Source: an uncultured Clostridia bacterium
GTDB taxonomy: Bacteria; Bacillota; Clostridia; TANB77; CAG-508
NCBI GenBank assembly: GCA_944391755.1
Contig: CALXUT010000049.1
Location: forward strand, 1 to 55,162
DNA length: 55,162 bases
Direction of reading: 5' to 3'
In this document: positions 1 through 10,592 of the stretch, in pieces
Position numbering within the stretch: the stretch's first letter is position 1
How the letters are laid out: the number at the start of each line of letters is the position of its first letter
Notes under the pieces: generated by a model
Database searches by the model: none
What the model was told of the DNA's origin: nothing
Seen by the model: the letters and a program-made list of their open reading frames with translations, nothing else
Program-made: the position numbers and the translations under genes

Positions 1-118
1 TTAATATTTTAAGCCGTCAAACTTTTAATATTATATCATGTTTGGAGTGGGTATTTTTGTTTCTTTGCTCAAAACTATAAGTTTTCCGTTACCACGGGCA
101 TAGCCCGTGGTTTACCCT
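1..118 (-). mobile_element. Probable left end of an IS200/IS605-family element (transposase would lie off the left edge)
   Basis: GC-rich perfect hairpin ACCACGGGC-ATA-GCCCGTGGT at 91-111. Minus strand reads GGGTAAACCACGGGCTATGCCCGTGGT, resembling from memory the subterminal hairpins of clostridial IS200-type elements. TGaTATAAT on minus at 30-38. No tnpA visible in the window. Confidence 0.55.
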
Positions 119-128
119 TAAAGTTAAT

Positions 129-164
129 AATAGCCTAAATTTTATTTTTATAATTTAGGCTATT
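129..164. terminator. Inverted repeat, probable terminator of the 182..913 gene
   Basis: AATAGCCTAAATT...AATTTAGGCTATT. Confidence 0.55.
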
Positions 165-181
165 CCATATAGGTAATTATA

Positions 182-913
182 CTAAATTCCTATCAAACCA
201 AATATTAAACTAAGCGTTCCTCCTACGATAACTGTCCAAAAAATATTTGATTTAATATGTTTTATTCTATCATATTTTTCTTTTGAATATCCCATATAAT
301 ATATAACTGGATTTGTATATTTAGTTGTTATAATTCTATCTAATTTTCTGGTTATTAATACACTCCACATTCCAACAACTATCCCTAAAGACCAAAATAT
401 AAGGTTTCCCATTGTAAGCGCATTGTTTACATATAATTCTTTGTTCTTGGACAATATGATTAATGTAATTATTAAAACAACCATAAATAAAATTAAAAAC
501 CAAAAAGTAATACCAAGTTTAGTCCACTGCCATCCAAATTCTGTAGTATTTTGCAAAAGTGTCATTATCTTATTTTGTAATATAGCATCTTTATTTTCAT
601 CTTCTACATAATATAAAATTTGTATAACATCTTTATAAGTTGTTATAACAGTATTACAATTCGTAAATAAATTTACTTCTAAATATTCTGTAAGATTTGC
701 ATCTTCTTTACTTTTTATATTTAAGTTTAAAATTTGTTTATCAAAATTGCTTTGAAGTAATTCTTCTAAATTTTTATATTCTTTTTGAGTATTATCTATA
801 TATGTTGCAACATATATTGGATTAATGTTTAGTTCTTTAAAAATTTTTTCTAATTCTTCAAAAAATTTTTCAGTGATTTTTAATGATTTTTTCCATATTA
901 TTTTTCGTATCAT
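182..913 (-). CDS. Hypothetical membrane protein (about 3 C-terminal TM segments)
   Basis: 243-aa ORF, hydrophobic stretches in C-terminal half, no recognised motif. Confidence 0.7.
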   Translation of the reverse strand: MIRKIIWKKSLKITEKFFEELEKIFKELNINPIYVATYIDNTQKEYKNLEELLQSNFDKQILNLNIKSKEDANLTEYLEVNLFTNCNTVITTYKDVIQILYYVEDENKDAILQNKIMTLLQNTTEFGWQWTKLGITFWFLILFMVVLIITLIILSKNKELYVNNALTMGNLIFWSLGIVVGMWSVLITRKLDRIITTKYTNPVIYYMGYSKEKYDRIKHIKSNIFWTVIVGGTLSLIFGLIGI

Positions 914-938
914 TTGCCTTTAAAAATTTCCCCTTATA

Positions 939-2963
939 CTAAAATAAAGATTTTATTTTACTGATTAAGTAATGGCTTCCACCAATATCTCTACCATCTT
1001 CTACCATACTAATTACTAATAATTGATTATTATTTGAATCAGCTGTAAAACAATTAAACCAGCCTAATATTTCTGCATCCTCATCCTTTGATGTTTTTAA
1101 TTCTGCTGTTCCTGTTTTTCCAGCAATTGTTCTTCCTGCAACTTTCATATCCTTTGCTGTTCCTTCTGGATTTTCTACAACCTGGATCAAATCTTCTTTA
1201 ATAGTATTTGCCGCTTCTTTTGTAAAAGCTCCTTCCACTAAATATTCTACTTGTTTATTTTCTTCCTCTTCAATATATGGTTTTACCATATTTCCATCAT
1301 TTGCAAAAGCAGAATAAATAGAAGCCATATGTATTGGATTTACCAATATTTGTCCTTGACCATATCCGCTATCTGCAAGTTGTGTTTCTGAAGTGATATC
1401 CTCATCATTTGAATATTGTGATTTTGAAATAGATAGTGGGAAATCAATACTTTCATTAAATTTTATTTTTTTCAAACCATTGATAAAATTATCTTTTCCA
1501 ATTTGCAATGTTGCTTGTGCAAAATAGATATTGTCTGAATGGATGATTGCATTTCGTAAGTTTTTTGCACCACTATATCCTGTTAAAGTAGTAATATTAT
1601 AAGATCCCCAACTATCATCTTTTTGCCAACTTAGTCCATTATAGGTAAATGTATCTTCTGCACTTAATGAACCTGATGTTAATCCAATTGCCCCTGTTAC
1701 TGGTTTAAATGTTGAACCTGGACACCAAGTTTGTAAATATCTTACTAACATTGGATTGTTTGGATTGTCTTTGATGGTATTCCATTCCTTTGTTGTCATT
1801 CCTAGAACAAATTTATTGGGATCATATGATGGTGTACTAACTAATGCTAACATTGCTCCTGTGTTTGGTTCCATGACAACAAAAAATCCTTTATTATCTT
1901 TTATTTCATTATATAATTGTGTTTGAATATTTGCGTCTATTGTTAATTTTATGGTTTCTCCATTCTGTACATCAATTTTGGCAATTTCTGTTTTTTTATT
2001 TCCTTCAGAATCTTCTATATAGATTTCTACTCCATCTTTTCCTTTTAGTCTATCTTCATATGCTTTTTCTAAACCTGCTTTTCCTATTACACTGTTACTA
2101 TCATAGCCTTTATCAGCGTTTTCTTCCAACTCTTCTGCAGTTATATTTTGTACATATCCAACTAATTGTGCTGCCGCTTCTCCTAATGGATATACTCTTG
2201 AAGATGCTGAAGTAATTTTTATTCCTGGAACTTGTAATAATTGTTCTTTTAATGCAGTTTCTGTTGTAGATACTTTTTTTATTGGTACAAATGTATCATC
2301 TTTTACCCAAGAAGATGATAAGGTTTTATTGATAGAATCTGTACTAATTCCTAATAAATTCGCTATCTGTTCGATAGATTGATCTCTGTTTTCTCCTAAT
2401 TTTCCTGGCACAATTCCTACTGATGATACGGTTCCTTCTCCTGCAAGAACATTTCCATTTTTATCTATAATTTCTCCTCTTTCCGCTTCTATTGTTGAGA
2501 TTCTTACTTTATCTTCATTTCCTAATTGAGGAAAAATTAAACTTGAACTCCAATTGACAAGGTATCCTTTTTCTTTGTCTTCAGTTAATCTTACTGTATT
2601 ATCAAATTCTACTTTTCCGGCTTCTGTATCCATTGTAGAATAATAGGATATTTCACTTATATTATTATTTCCTTCTATCTCAGCAACTCGTAGATTAGAG
2701 ATTTGCATATTTTCCATATTGATTCCTTCATAGATGTTTTTATTTCTTGCAATAAAATCTTCTTGTGATATTGTATTTTTAGAACTCTCTGTAAGCATAT
2801 TATACATTTCTTCATAGTTTTTATTATTGATACATGCTATATATTTTTGCCATGTTTCAGCTGGATCATTTTTAGGTTGATTTAAAATAAATACTGCTGT
2901 AACTGTTCCTGCAATGACAATGATGATTGCTATTGCAATTCCAATAATCATTTTTTTATTCAT
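939..2963 (-). CDS. Class B penicillin-binding protein with MecA_N/NTF2-like N-terminal domain
   Basis: N-terminal TM, RGEIIDKNG dimerisation motif, transpeptidase motifs STFK, SDN, KTGT. Confidence 0.9.
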   Translation of the reverse strand: MNKKMIIGIAIAIIIVIAGTVTAVFILNQPKNDPAETWQKYIACINNKNYEEMYNMLTESSKNTISQEDFIARNKNIYEGINMENMQISNLRVAEIEGNNNISEISYYSTMDTEAGKVEFDNTVRLTEDKEKGYLVNWSSSLIFPQLGNEDKVRISTIEAERGEIIDKNGNVLAGEGTVSSVGIVPGKLGENRDQSIEQIANLLGISTDSINKTLSSSWVKDDTFVPIKKVSTTETALKEQLLQVPGIKITSASSRVYPLGEAAAQLVGYVQNITAEELEENADKGYDSNSVIGKAGLEKAYEDRLKGKDGVEIYIEDSEGNKKTEIAKIDVQNGETIKLTIDANIQTQLYNEIKDNKGFFVVMEPNTGAMLALVSTPSYDPNKFVLGMTTKEWNTIKDNPNNPMLVRYLQTWCPGSTFKPVTGAIGLTSGSLSAEDTFTYNGLSWQKDDSWGSYNITTLTGYSGAKNLRNAIIHSDNIYFAQATLQIGKDNFINGLKKIKFNESIDFPLSISKSQYSNDEDITSETQLADSGYGQGQILVNPIHMASIYSAFANDGNMVKPYIEEEENKQVEYLVEGAFTKEAANTIKEDLIQVVENPEGTAKDMKVAGRTIAGKTGTAELKTSKDEDAEILGWFNCFTADSNNNQLLVISMVEDGRDIGGSHYLISKIKSLF

Positions 2964-3001
2964 AATAAGTACCTCCTTATTTCGTATATTAAATCATATT
3001 T

Positions 3002-4270
3002 TTATGGCGATTTCAACTTATTTATCATCCATTTTATTCTTTCTTCATGTAATCTATTTCCGAATTCTATTCCTGGTTTTATAGAATATTTATTTTCTAT
3101 ATATGTTCCGTTTATTGTATTTAAACATTCTTTTCCTATCTTCTCAAAATTGATATCTTCTATATTGTTTTCTCTTCCTCCACTTGTTTTATCACTAATA
3201 ACAATAATTTGTAATCCATTTAGTCCTAATAATGATTTGTCTACTCTTTCTATAAAATCTACCTTTTTAGATGGTTTCATTTTATAAAATATTCCACCTC
3301 TCATATGTTCTCTACAAGCTGTTTTACCACATTTCATCCAAGATTTTGGTACTTTTAGGCGCTTTCCAAGTTTATTTACTAGTTCCCCTCCTGTATTTTC
3401 ATGTCCATAATGATGTGGATATTTTTCTTTTGGTGTTAGACCTTTTCCTAAATCATGTACTAGTGCCGAAAATCTGATTTCTAGTTTTCTATCTTCTTTT
3501 AGATTCTCTGTTAATTCTGCGGACTTATCTAGTACTAACATGGTATGATTATACGCATCTCCTTCTGGATGATATTGTATTGGTTGTTCTACTCCAATTA
3601 AATCTTTGATTTCTTTAAAATGGACATCTAATACATCTGCCTGTCTTAAGATTTGAAAAAATATGGATGGCTTCTCTGTATTTAGTGCTTTACGAAATTC
3701 TGCAAATACTCTTTCACTTGATAGACTGTTTAATTCACTCTTTAGTTGCTTCATCATTGCAATTGTATTTTTTTCTACTTCAAATTCTAATTGTGCTGCA
3801 AATCTTGCTACTCTATATACTCTTAAAGGATCTTCTTTAAAATGTTCTGTTGTTGCTCTTATGATTTTTTCTCTTAAATCTTGCTTTCCATTATATGGAT
3901 CTATGATTTGCTGTGTTAATACATCTTTTGCTATTGCATTTATGGTTATATCTCTACGAGCTAAGTCTTGTTCTATGGTTATATTGGTATCTGTATAAAT
4001 TTCAAATTCTTTATGTCCCATTCCTAATTTCGTTTCTGTTCTTGCCATTGCAAATTCTTTACCATCTATGTCAAATACAGCAAATGATTTTCCTCTTAAA
4101 TGGGCTTTTGGAAACATCTCTTGAAATTGTTCTACGGTTAATCCTGTTACACAATAATCTTGATCATGAGTTACCTTTCCTAGCAATTCATCTCTTACAG
4201 CACCACCAACTAAATATAATCTTCCGCCATGTTCTTTTATTTGATTTGCAATCTCTTTTATATCTTGCAT
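3002..4270 (-). CDS. cca: CCA tRNA nucleotidyltransferase with HD domain
   Basis: VGGAVRD..DQD, DLARRDITINA, EDPLRVYRVARF, plus HPEGD..HT..LVHDLGK HD module. Confidence 0.9.
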   Translation of the reverse strand: MQDIKEIANQIKEHGGRLYLVGGAVRDELLGKVTHDQDYCVTGLTVEQFQEMFPKAHLRGKSFAVFDIDGKEFAMARTETKLGMGHKEFEIYTDTNITIEQDLARRDITINAIAKDVLTQQIIDPYNGKQDLREKIIRATTEHFKEDPLRVYRVARFAAQLEFEVEKNTIAMMKQLKSELNSLSSERVFAEFRKALNTEKPSIFFQILRQADVLDVHFKEIKDLIGVEQPIQYHPEGDAYNHTMLVLDKSAELTENLKEDRKLEIRFSALVHDLGKGLTPKEKYPHHYGHENTGGELVNKLGKRLKVPKSWMKCGKTACREHMRGGIFYKMKPSKKVDFIERVDKSLLGLNGLQIIVISDKTSGGRENNIEDINFEKIGKECLNTINGTYIENKYSIKPGIEFGNRLHEERIKWMINKLKSP

Positions 4271-4279
4271 ATATTCTCC

Positions 4280-5491
4280 TTATACATCTTTTAATTTAAT
4301 TTTATTGTCTAAGTTTAATTTGCCTGCTCTTGTTATACTATTATACCCATATTTTTGTTTTAAGTCATCTACTACTTTGTCTATTTTTTCTTGTTTTTCG
4401 CTATCTTCATGACTAAATAAAGATAATTGTAATTCATTTTTTTCAACTAAATTATCTACTCTCATTCCGATTAATCTTATTGGAGTTCCATTTTTATACA
4501 TCTCATGTAGCAATTCTTTTGCCTCTGCATAAATATCTTTGGTATTTGAGGTAGCTTCTGGTAATTTTCTTTGATGGGATTTGTCTTCAAAATCTTTTGT
4601 TCTTAATTGAACATTGACAACATTTGCAAGTAGATTATACCTTCTTAATCGATAAGTTACTTGTTCTGTTAACAATAATAGTATCTCTTCTAATTTGGTT
4701 ATTTCATTAACATCCACTGGCAATGTTGTTGAATTTCCAATCCCTTTTGGTTTCTCAAATTTGTACTGTACTTCTGAATTGTCTATTCCATTTGCATATT
4801 CCCACATCATCGCACCATGTTTTCCAAATTTTTTGATTAATAATTGTTTGTCCGTTTTTGCTAGTTCTCCTATTGTTTTTATTCTCATATTATATAATTT
4901 AGGAATTGTCTTTCTTCCAAGCATAAATAATTCTGATACATGTAATGGCCACATTTTAGTCTCTATTTCATTTTCAAATAATGTATGTACTCTATCTGGT
5001 TTTGTAAAATCTGATGCCATTTTGGCAAGTAGTTTGTTATGTGCTACACCTACATTTACTGTAAATTTTAATTCATTTTTTACTCTTTGATTGATTTCAT
5101 ATGCCTTGTTTAATAGTGCATCTCCCATTAGACAATCTGTCATATCTAAAAAACATTCATCTATACTAAATCTTTCTATTTTGTCTGTATATTGAAATAG
5201 CAATTGATATAATTTATTTGAGGATTCTTTATATAATTTATAATTCATTGGATATACTTTTAAGCTTGGACATTTCATTCTTGCCTGATATAATGTTTCT
5301 CCTGTTGTGATGCCAAATATTTTAGCTTTTGGACTTTTGGCTAATACGATACCTGATCTTCTACTTTCATCTCCACCAATTACAGAAGGGATTTCTCGTA
5401 TATCAATATCACTTCCTTGGTTTAACATTTCTATTGCTGTCCAGCTTAAAAATGCATTATTCACATCTACATGTAATATTTGTCTTTCCAT
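4280..5491 (-). CDS. dinB: DNA polymerase IV (Y family); start reassigned to ATG at 5491
   Basis: ILHVDVNNAF, SIDECFLD, NKLLAKMASDFTKPD motifs. Confidence 0.92.
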   Translation of the reverse strand: MERQILHVDVNNAFLSWTAIEMLNQGSDIDIREIPSVIGGDESRRSGIVLAKSPKAKIFGITTGETLYQARMKCPSLKVYPMNYKLYKESSNKLYQLLFQYTDKIERFSIDECFLDMTDCLMGDALLNKAYEINQRVKNELKFTVNVGVAHNKLLAKMASDFTKPDRVHTLFENEIETKMWPLHVSELFMLGRKTIPKLYNMRIKTIGELAKTDKQLLIKKFGKHGAMMWEYANGIDNSEVQYKFEKPKGIGNSTTLPVDVNEITKLEEILLLLTEQVTYRLRRYNLLANVVNVQLRTKDFEDKSHQRKLPEATSNTKDIYAEAKELLHEMYKNGTPIRLIGMRVDNLVEKNELQLSLFSHEDSEKQEKIDKVVDDLKQKYGYNSITRAGKLNLDNKIKLKDV

Positions 5492-5506
5492 AATATCACC
5501 GCCTCC

Positions 5507-5535
5507 ATTATAAAACATTCGTTTGTTTTTGTCAA
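5507..5535 (-). promoter_or_regulatory. Consensus sigma-A promoter of dinB with an SOS-box-like palindrome in the spacer
   Basis: TTGACA (5535-5530) N17 TATAAT (5512-5507). AAAC-N4-GTTT at 5513-5524 resembles the Firmicute LexA box GAAC-N4-GTTC. Confidence 0.7.
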
Positions 5536-5556
5536 TATAAAAATGTTATATTATGA

Positions 5557-5588
5557 AAAAAACAGGTAACTTTTTACTGTTACCTGTT
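5557..5588 (-). terminator. Intrinsic terminator of rny
   Basis: AACAGGTAAC/GTTACCTGTT stem followed by U-tract on minus strand. Confidence 0.7.
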
Positions 5589-5600
5589 ACCTGTTTACTT

Positions 5601-7151
5601 TTATTTTGCATAATCTACAACTCTTGTTTCTCTAATGATATTTACTTTTATTTGTCCTGGATAATCCATTTCTTCTTCTATTTTTTTAGAAACATCTCTT
5701 GCTAATAGTGTCATTTGGTCATCTGAAATTTTTTCTGGTTTTACGATGATTCTTATTTCTCTACCAGCTTGTATTGCAAATGATTTTTCTACTCCATCAA
5801 ATGAATCTGCTATGGATTCTAAGTTTTCTAATCTCTTTATGTAAGCTTCTAATGTTTCTCTTCTTGCTCCAGGTCTTGATGCAGATATTGCATCAGCAGC
5901 TTGTACTAATACAGCTTCTAGAGTTTGTGGCTCTACATCTCCATGATGTGCTTCTACAGCATTGATAACAAGTGGATTTTCTTTAAATTTCTTTAATATG
6001 TCTACTCCTATTTGGACATGTGTTCCCTCCATATCATGATCTAAGGCCTTTCCTATATCATGTAATAATCCTGCTCTTCTTGCAAGTTTTGGATCTAGTC
6101 CAAGTTCTTCTGCCATAATTCTAGCTAGATTTGAAACTTCTATTGAGTGATTTAGTACATTTTGTCCATAACTTGTTCTGTATTTTAATTTTCCTATTAA
6201 TTTTACAAGTTCTGGATTTAAGCCTATTACTCCTGATTCTAGTACAGCTCTTTCTCCTTCTTCTTTAATCGTTTCTGATAGTTCTTCTTTTGCTTTTTCT
6301 ACCATTTCTTCTATTTTTGCAGGATGAATTCTACCATCTTCGATTAATTTTTCTAGAGCAATTCTTGCTACTTCTCTTCTTAATGGATCAAAACCTGATA
6401 AGATGACTGCTTCAGGTGTATCGTCTATTATTAAATCTATTCCTGTTGCTGTTTCTAGTGCTTTTATGTTTCTGCCTTCTCTTCCAATGATTCTTCCTTT
6501 AATATCGTCTGATGGAAGTGCTACAATGGATACGGTTGTTTCTGCAGAATGATCAGCTGCACATTTTTGTATTGCATAACTAATAACTTCTCTTGCATTT
6601 TTTCCAGCTTCTTCTTTTGATTTTTGTTCTAATTCTCTAATTAATGTTGCTTTTTCAGTTGTTATTTCTTGCTCTACTGCTTTTAACAACTGCACTTTTG
6701 CTTCCTCTTGGGTTAATTTTGCAACTTGTTGAAGAACTTCCATTTGTTTTTCATGTAATTCTTCTAATTCTTTTTCTTTTTCTTTTAAAGCTACTTCTTC
6801 TTGGTCTAATTCTCTTTCTTTCTTTTCGAAATTATCTGCACGCTTTTCTAAGTTTTCTTCTTTTTGGATAATTCTACTTTCTTGTTTTTGTATTTCGCCT
6901 CTTCTTTCTTTAATCTCTTGATCTAGTTCTGTTCTAGCATTCATAATTTCTTCTTTAGCTTTGAAAATTTCTTCTTTCTTTAAATTCTCTGCTTCTATTT
7001 TTGCTAGTTCTACTAATCTTTTGGCTTCTTTTTCTGCACCTTCTATTTTAGATTCGGCAATTTTTTTTCTGATTGCCATTCCAACAAAGATTCCAATTAC
7101 TAATGAGATTAAGACAGCGGCTACTATGATTAAAATATTATCCATAATCAT
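5601..7151 (-). CDS. rny: Ribonuclease Y
   Basis: N-terminal TM, coiled coil, KH ([12 protein letters not shown]), HD (LLHDIGK). Confidence 0.96.
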   Translation of the reverse strand: MIMDNILIIVAAVLISLVIGIFVGMAIRKKIAESKIEGAEKEAKRLVELAKIEAENLKKEEIFKAKEEIMNARTELDQEIKERRGEIQKQESRIIQKEENLEKRADNFEKKERELDQEEVALKEKEKELEELHEKQMEVLQQVAKLTQEEAKVQLLKAVEQEITTEKATLIRELEQKSKEEAGKNAREVISYAIQKCAADHSAETTVSIVALPSDDIKGRIIGREGRNIKALETATGIDLIIDDTPEAVILSGFDPLRREVARIALEKLIEDGRIHPAKIEEMVEKAKEELSETIKEEGERAVLESGVIGLNPELVKLIGKLKYRTSYGQNVLNHSIEVSNLARIMAEELGLDPKLARRAGLLHDIGKALDHDMEGTHVQIGVDILKKFKENPLVINAVEAHHGDVEPQTLEAVLVQAADAISASRPGARRETLEAYIKRLENLESIADSFDGVEKSFAIQAGREIRIIVKPEKISDDQMTLLARDVSKKIEEEMDYPGQIKVNIIRETRVVDYAK

Positions 7152-7394
7152 ACACCTCTTTCTTATTTAATTTTCAATGTTCGAATAAATATATAATACT
7201 TTCTTTGTTTTTAATATATTTTTTCAACCTCTTATATTGTATAATTATTATTGTAAACTGTCAAGGGGTTTGGAAGGAATTTTTGTAAGAGGTGTGTTTT
7301 TTGATACAATTCACTGCTTGTTACAAATGAATTTTAAAATGTATATATACAATAAAAAGCACTTATTTCAACAAGCAGTTAATTGTAATTTTCA

Positions 7395-8348
7395 TTATAA
7401 GTCTACTAACATATTCATTAATAAATCTATTACAACTTCTTTTTCTTTTGAATTTGATTGTGCTACAAATAGTGTAATGGCGACTAAAGTTTTTGGGTCA
7501 ATTGTATTTTTACCATCTTTTCTTAGTAATCCATAAAAGTTTAAAAAGTATAAAAATAATGTTGCACCTATTCTTTTATTTCCATCCACAAATATATGGT
7601 CTTTTACAATTAAATATAGAAAGTTACAGGCTTTTTCTTCTATACTTGGATATACATCTTACATAGCAAATTGTTGGTATACATTATTTATGATTGATTC
7701 TAACCATTGATCTCGTTCTACACCAAATATTTTGCTTGTCTGTTTAAATGGCATTTGATTGATAATTTCTATACAGTCTTTATATTCAATTTTTTTGTTA
7801 GAATCTCTATTTCCTTTTGGCTTTTCTATTTCTTTGTGGTCATATTTGTCTATTGTTTCTAATGCTTTTGTATATTCTGATATTACTTTTAGCATATTAT
7901 AACTTTCATCACTTCTTAAGTCTTCATCTAATCTTGTTGCTATATCTATTAATTTTATTGTTTTTTCTAAATATTCTAATCTTTTTTGATTTACTGCATA
8001 TCCTTTTAACATGTAGTCTTTTAAAATTTTGTTTGCACATATCCTGAATTTGGTTCCTTCTTTTGATTTTACTCTGTATCCTACGGATATGATTACGTCT
8101 AAATTATAATAATCTACATTATATGTTTTTCCATCTGAAGCAGTTGTTGCAAAATTTGCAACAACTCTATTCTTAATTAATTCTTCTTCTTTAAAAATAT
8201 TTTTAATATGTTGCGAAATAACAGATTTATCTCTTCCAAATAATTCTGACATTTGGTCAAGAGTTAGCCATACTGTTTCATCTTGTACATTTACTTCTAA
8301 TTTTACCTTTTCATTTTCAAATAATATGATTTCATTTTTTTCTTTCAT
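7395..8348 (-). pseudogene. RhuM-family/Fic fusion protein interrupted by an in-frame TAA at 7659-7661
   Basis: RhuM motifs (WLTLDQMSELF, YNLDVIISVGYRVKS). The same frame continues past the stop: ...YQQFAM*DVYPSIEEKACNFLYLIVKDHIFVDGNKRIG (Fic motif). Confidence 0.85.
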
Positions 8349-8379
8349 AATTTCTACATCCTTTCCTATTTTATTTTTT

Positions 8380-8575
8380 GCATGCTAAAGAAACCTGATT
8401 ATCTTACAATCATAAACATCACATCCTATTCTATTTTTTTAATTCTGGGTATCAGAATAAAATTTTGAATAAATATTTTTGAATAAACTATTTTTTGCCT
8501 GCCTAAGTTGTTTGAATTCATACTCACAAATTGAGTATGTTAATAATATACTATATAATTTAAAATATATCAATA
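8380..8575 (-). promoter_or_regulatory. Promoter/leader module, copy 1 (homologous to 31130-31340)
   Basis: Five colinear conserved blocks shared with the region upstream of the Rpn gene. Confidence 0.6.
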
Positions 8576-8746
8576 CAGTTTTATGAATTCATATAATTTT
8601 TTATCGACTTTATTCGACATTATAAAAAGGTAACAAACTGATTTCTCAATTTGCTACCTTTACTTTAAGTTTACTATAAGCCTTTATTTTGCTTAAGTAG
8701 ATAAGTAATATCTTTATTTTCCATTTACGGTTGTTTGTTCTGCTTA

Positions 8747-9002
8747 TTATTCATTATCACCTTGCAATTCTATTTCTAGCTGTTGCCTTTCCATTTCTTC
8801 TTGCTGCCTTTCCATTTTTTCTTGCTGCCTTTTCATTTCTTCTGTTTCTTTTCTATTAATTTCTTCCCTTAATTCTTTTATTGAGTATTCTTCTAACTCT
8901 TTTGCTCCACTATATTGTTTATATTGATTTATTATGATAATCGTTTCAATTAATACCAAAATAATTAACAATATAATTATAATTGTACTCTTTTTTTTTC
9001 AC
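8747..9002 (-). pseudogene. Small membrane-anchored coiled-coil protein, +1 frameshift in A9 run just after the GTG start
   Basis: SD AGGAG/AGGTGG then GTG at 9002. Removing one A from the run at 8991-8999 gives MKKKSTIIIILLIILV in frame with ORF 8747..8971. Confidence 0.6.
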
Positions 9003-9021
9003 TATTTTACCACCTACTCCT

Positions 9022-10222
9022 TTATATTCCATAATTTTTAGGGCTACATGCACCTCCTGTTATATTTACAGTTCCTAGCCTGTTGTAAATTGCATATCCT
9101 CCTCCTGTATTAGTAACAGTTCCTCCTGTAATTTCTACTGTTCCTGAATTATCTATCGCTGTTTTTTCAGCTATAATATCACTTGTTTCACTTATATTTA
9201 ATGTTGCTCCTTCTATATTAGATATTGCATCACTGTTTTCTCCAGTTATTGTTCCTCCTGTAATTTCTGCAGTACCCGAATTATGTATTGTTGGATAACT
9301 TGCATTGGATGATATATTGCTTGTTCCGCTTACAGTTAATGTTGCTCCTTCTTCATTGTAAATAGCATTTCCACCATCTTCAAGATTTATATTTGTATTT
9401 TCAATTTCTAATGTTCCATAATTACTCAATATTGCAGAAGAATTATCACTAGTTATTGTTCCATTTCCATATATATTTACTGAAATATTATCATTGATTG
9501 TTATTGCTTTATCTTTTGTTACTGTTTTTCCATTCTCAAATGTTTGCCATTCTGTTGGTGTTTTTTTATTATCTTGACTCCAAGCATATTGTAATGTGTC
9601 AAGCTCACTTCCTCCTAAATCATTTACACTAATTGTTGAACTTATATCCGTACTTCCACTTTCTAATATTATTGTTTCTCCATCAGGCTCAAAAGTAACT
9701 TGCGGTGCAATTTTATCTATATTTTTTATTTCTATTTTTTCAGTTTTTATTTCACCATTTTCATCTCGTATATGAAAATAATATGTTTTATTTTCAGTTA
9801 CTTCATAAGTTTCCGTTATACTATTTGCACTTCCTCCAGTAGGTGTTTTCCATTCGCTTTCGTTTATATCTTCTGAATTTTCTTTTTCTGTAAATATATA
9901 TCTTATAATCTTTGTCTGCTGACTAGATGCTTCTCCAATTAGTGTAACTTTTTGTGCCCATTTTTCAGCTGATGGTTCTTGACTCAACTTAATTACTATT
10001 GTATCTGCTAATTCTTCATATATTTCATCAACTCTATCTAAATCTCTTGCATAATTATCATGAATTTGCTGAACCTCCTGTTCTTGAAGTTGTAATCTAT
10101 TCATAGTTGATAAATATACTCCTGTTAATATAAATACAAAAAATAGGCAAGCTAATAACACAAATAGTGTAATTGCTCCCTTTTCTTTTTTCTCGTTTTT
10201 ATATAATTGTAACCCCCTTCAT
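9022..10222 (-). pseudogene. Prepilin-like surface protein with Ig-like and beta-helix repeats, +1 frameshift in G5 run after the start
   Basis: GGAGG-N6-ATG at 10222 is out of frame by one base. Deleting one G (10213-10217) gives MKGLQLYKNEKKEKG|AITLFVLLACLFF, a class III signal-like N-terminus. IDKIAP and NSGT.EITGGT repeats. Confidence 0.6.
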
Positions 10223-10502
10223 ATTCTTCCTCCGTTCTCTGTATGAGTAATTAAAATATGCTCATAATTTTATTATAATATATTTCATTTTAACTTTCAA
10301 TTTAGTTATCTTTAATTATATAAATTAAAGAAAGTTTATATACAAAATATATCAAAAATAGACAATAAATGCAAGTAGTCTGATAAATATAAATGCTAAT
10401 ATTTAACTTTAGCCAATCGCTTTAATCTAAAATTTTAAGTAAATGTATTATTGAAAAATAACAATTTTTTCTAACATTAATTTATATAATTAACGATAAA
10501 AA

Positions 10503-10578
10503 TAGGCTAATATAAAATAATATCTCTCATTATCAAACTTTTTTGTTTAATAATTTAGATTTATTTCATATTAGCCTA
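10503..10578. terminator. Long imperfect inverted repeat downstream of the alarmone synthetase gene
   Basis: TAGGCTAATATAAAATAA...TTATTTCATATTAGCCTA with nested inner stems. Confidence 0.45.
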
Positions 10579-10592
10579 CTTTTGAGATTTTA

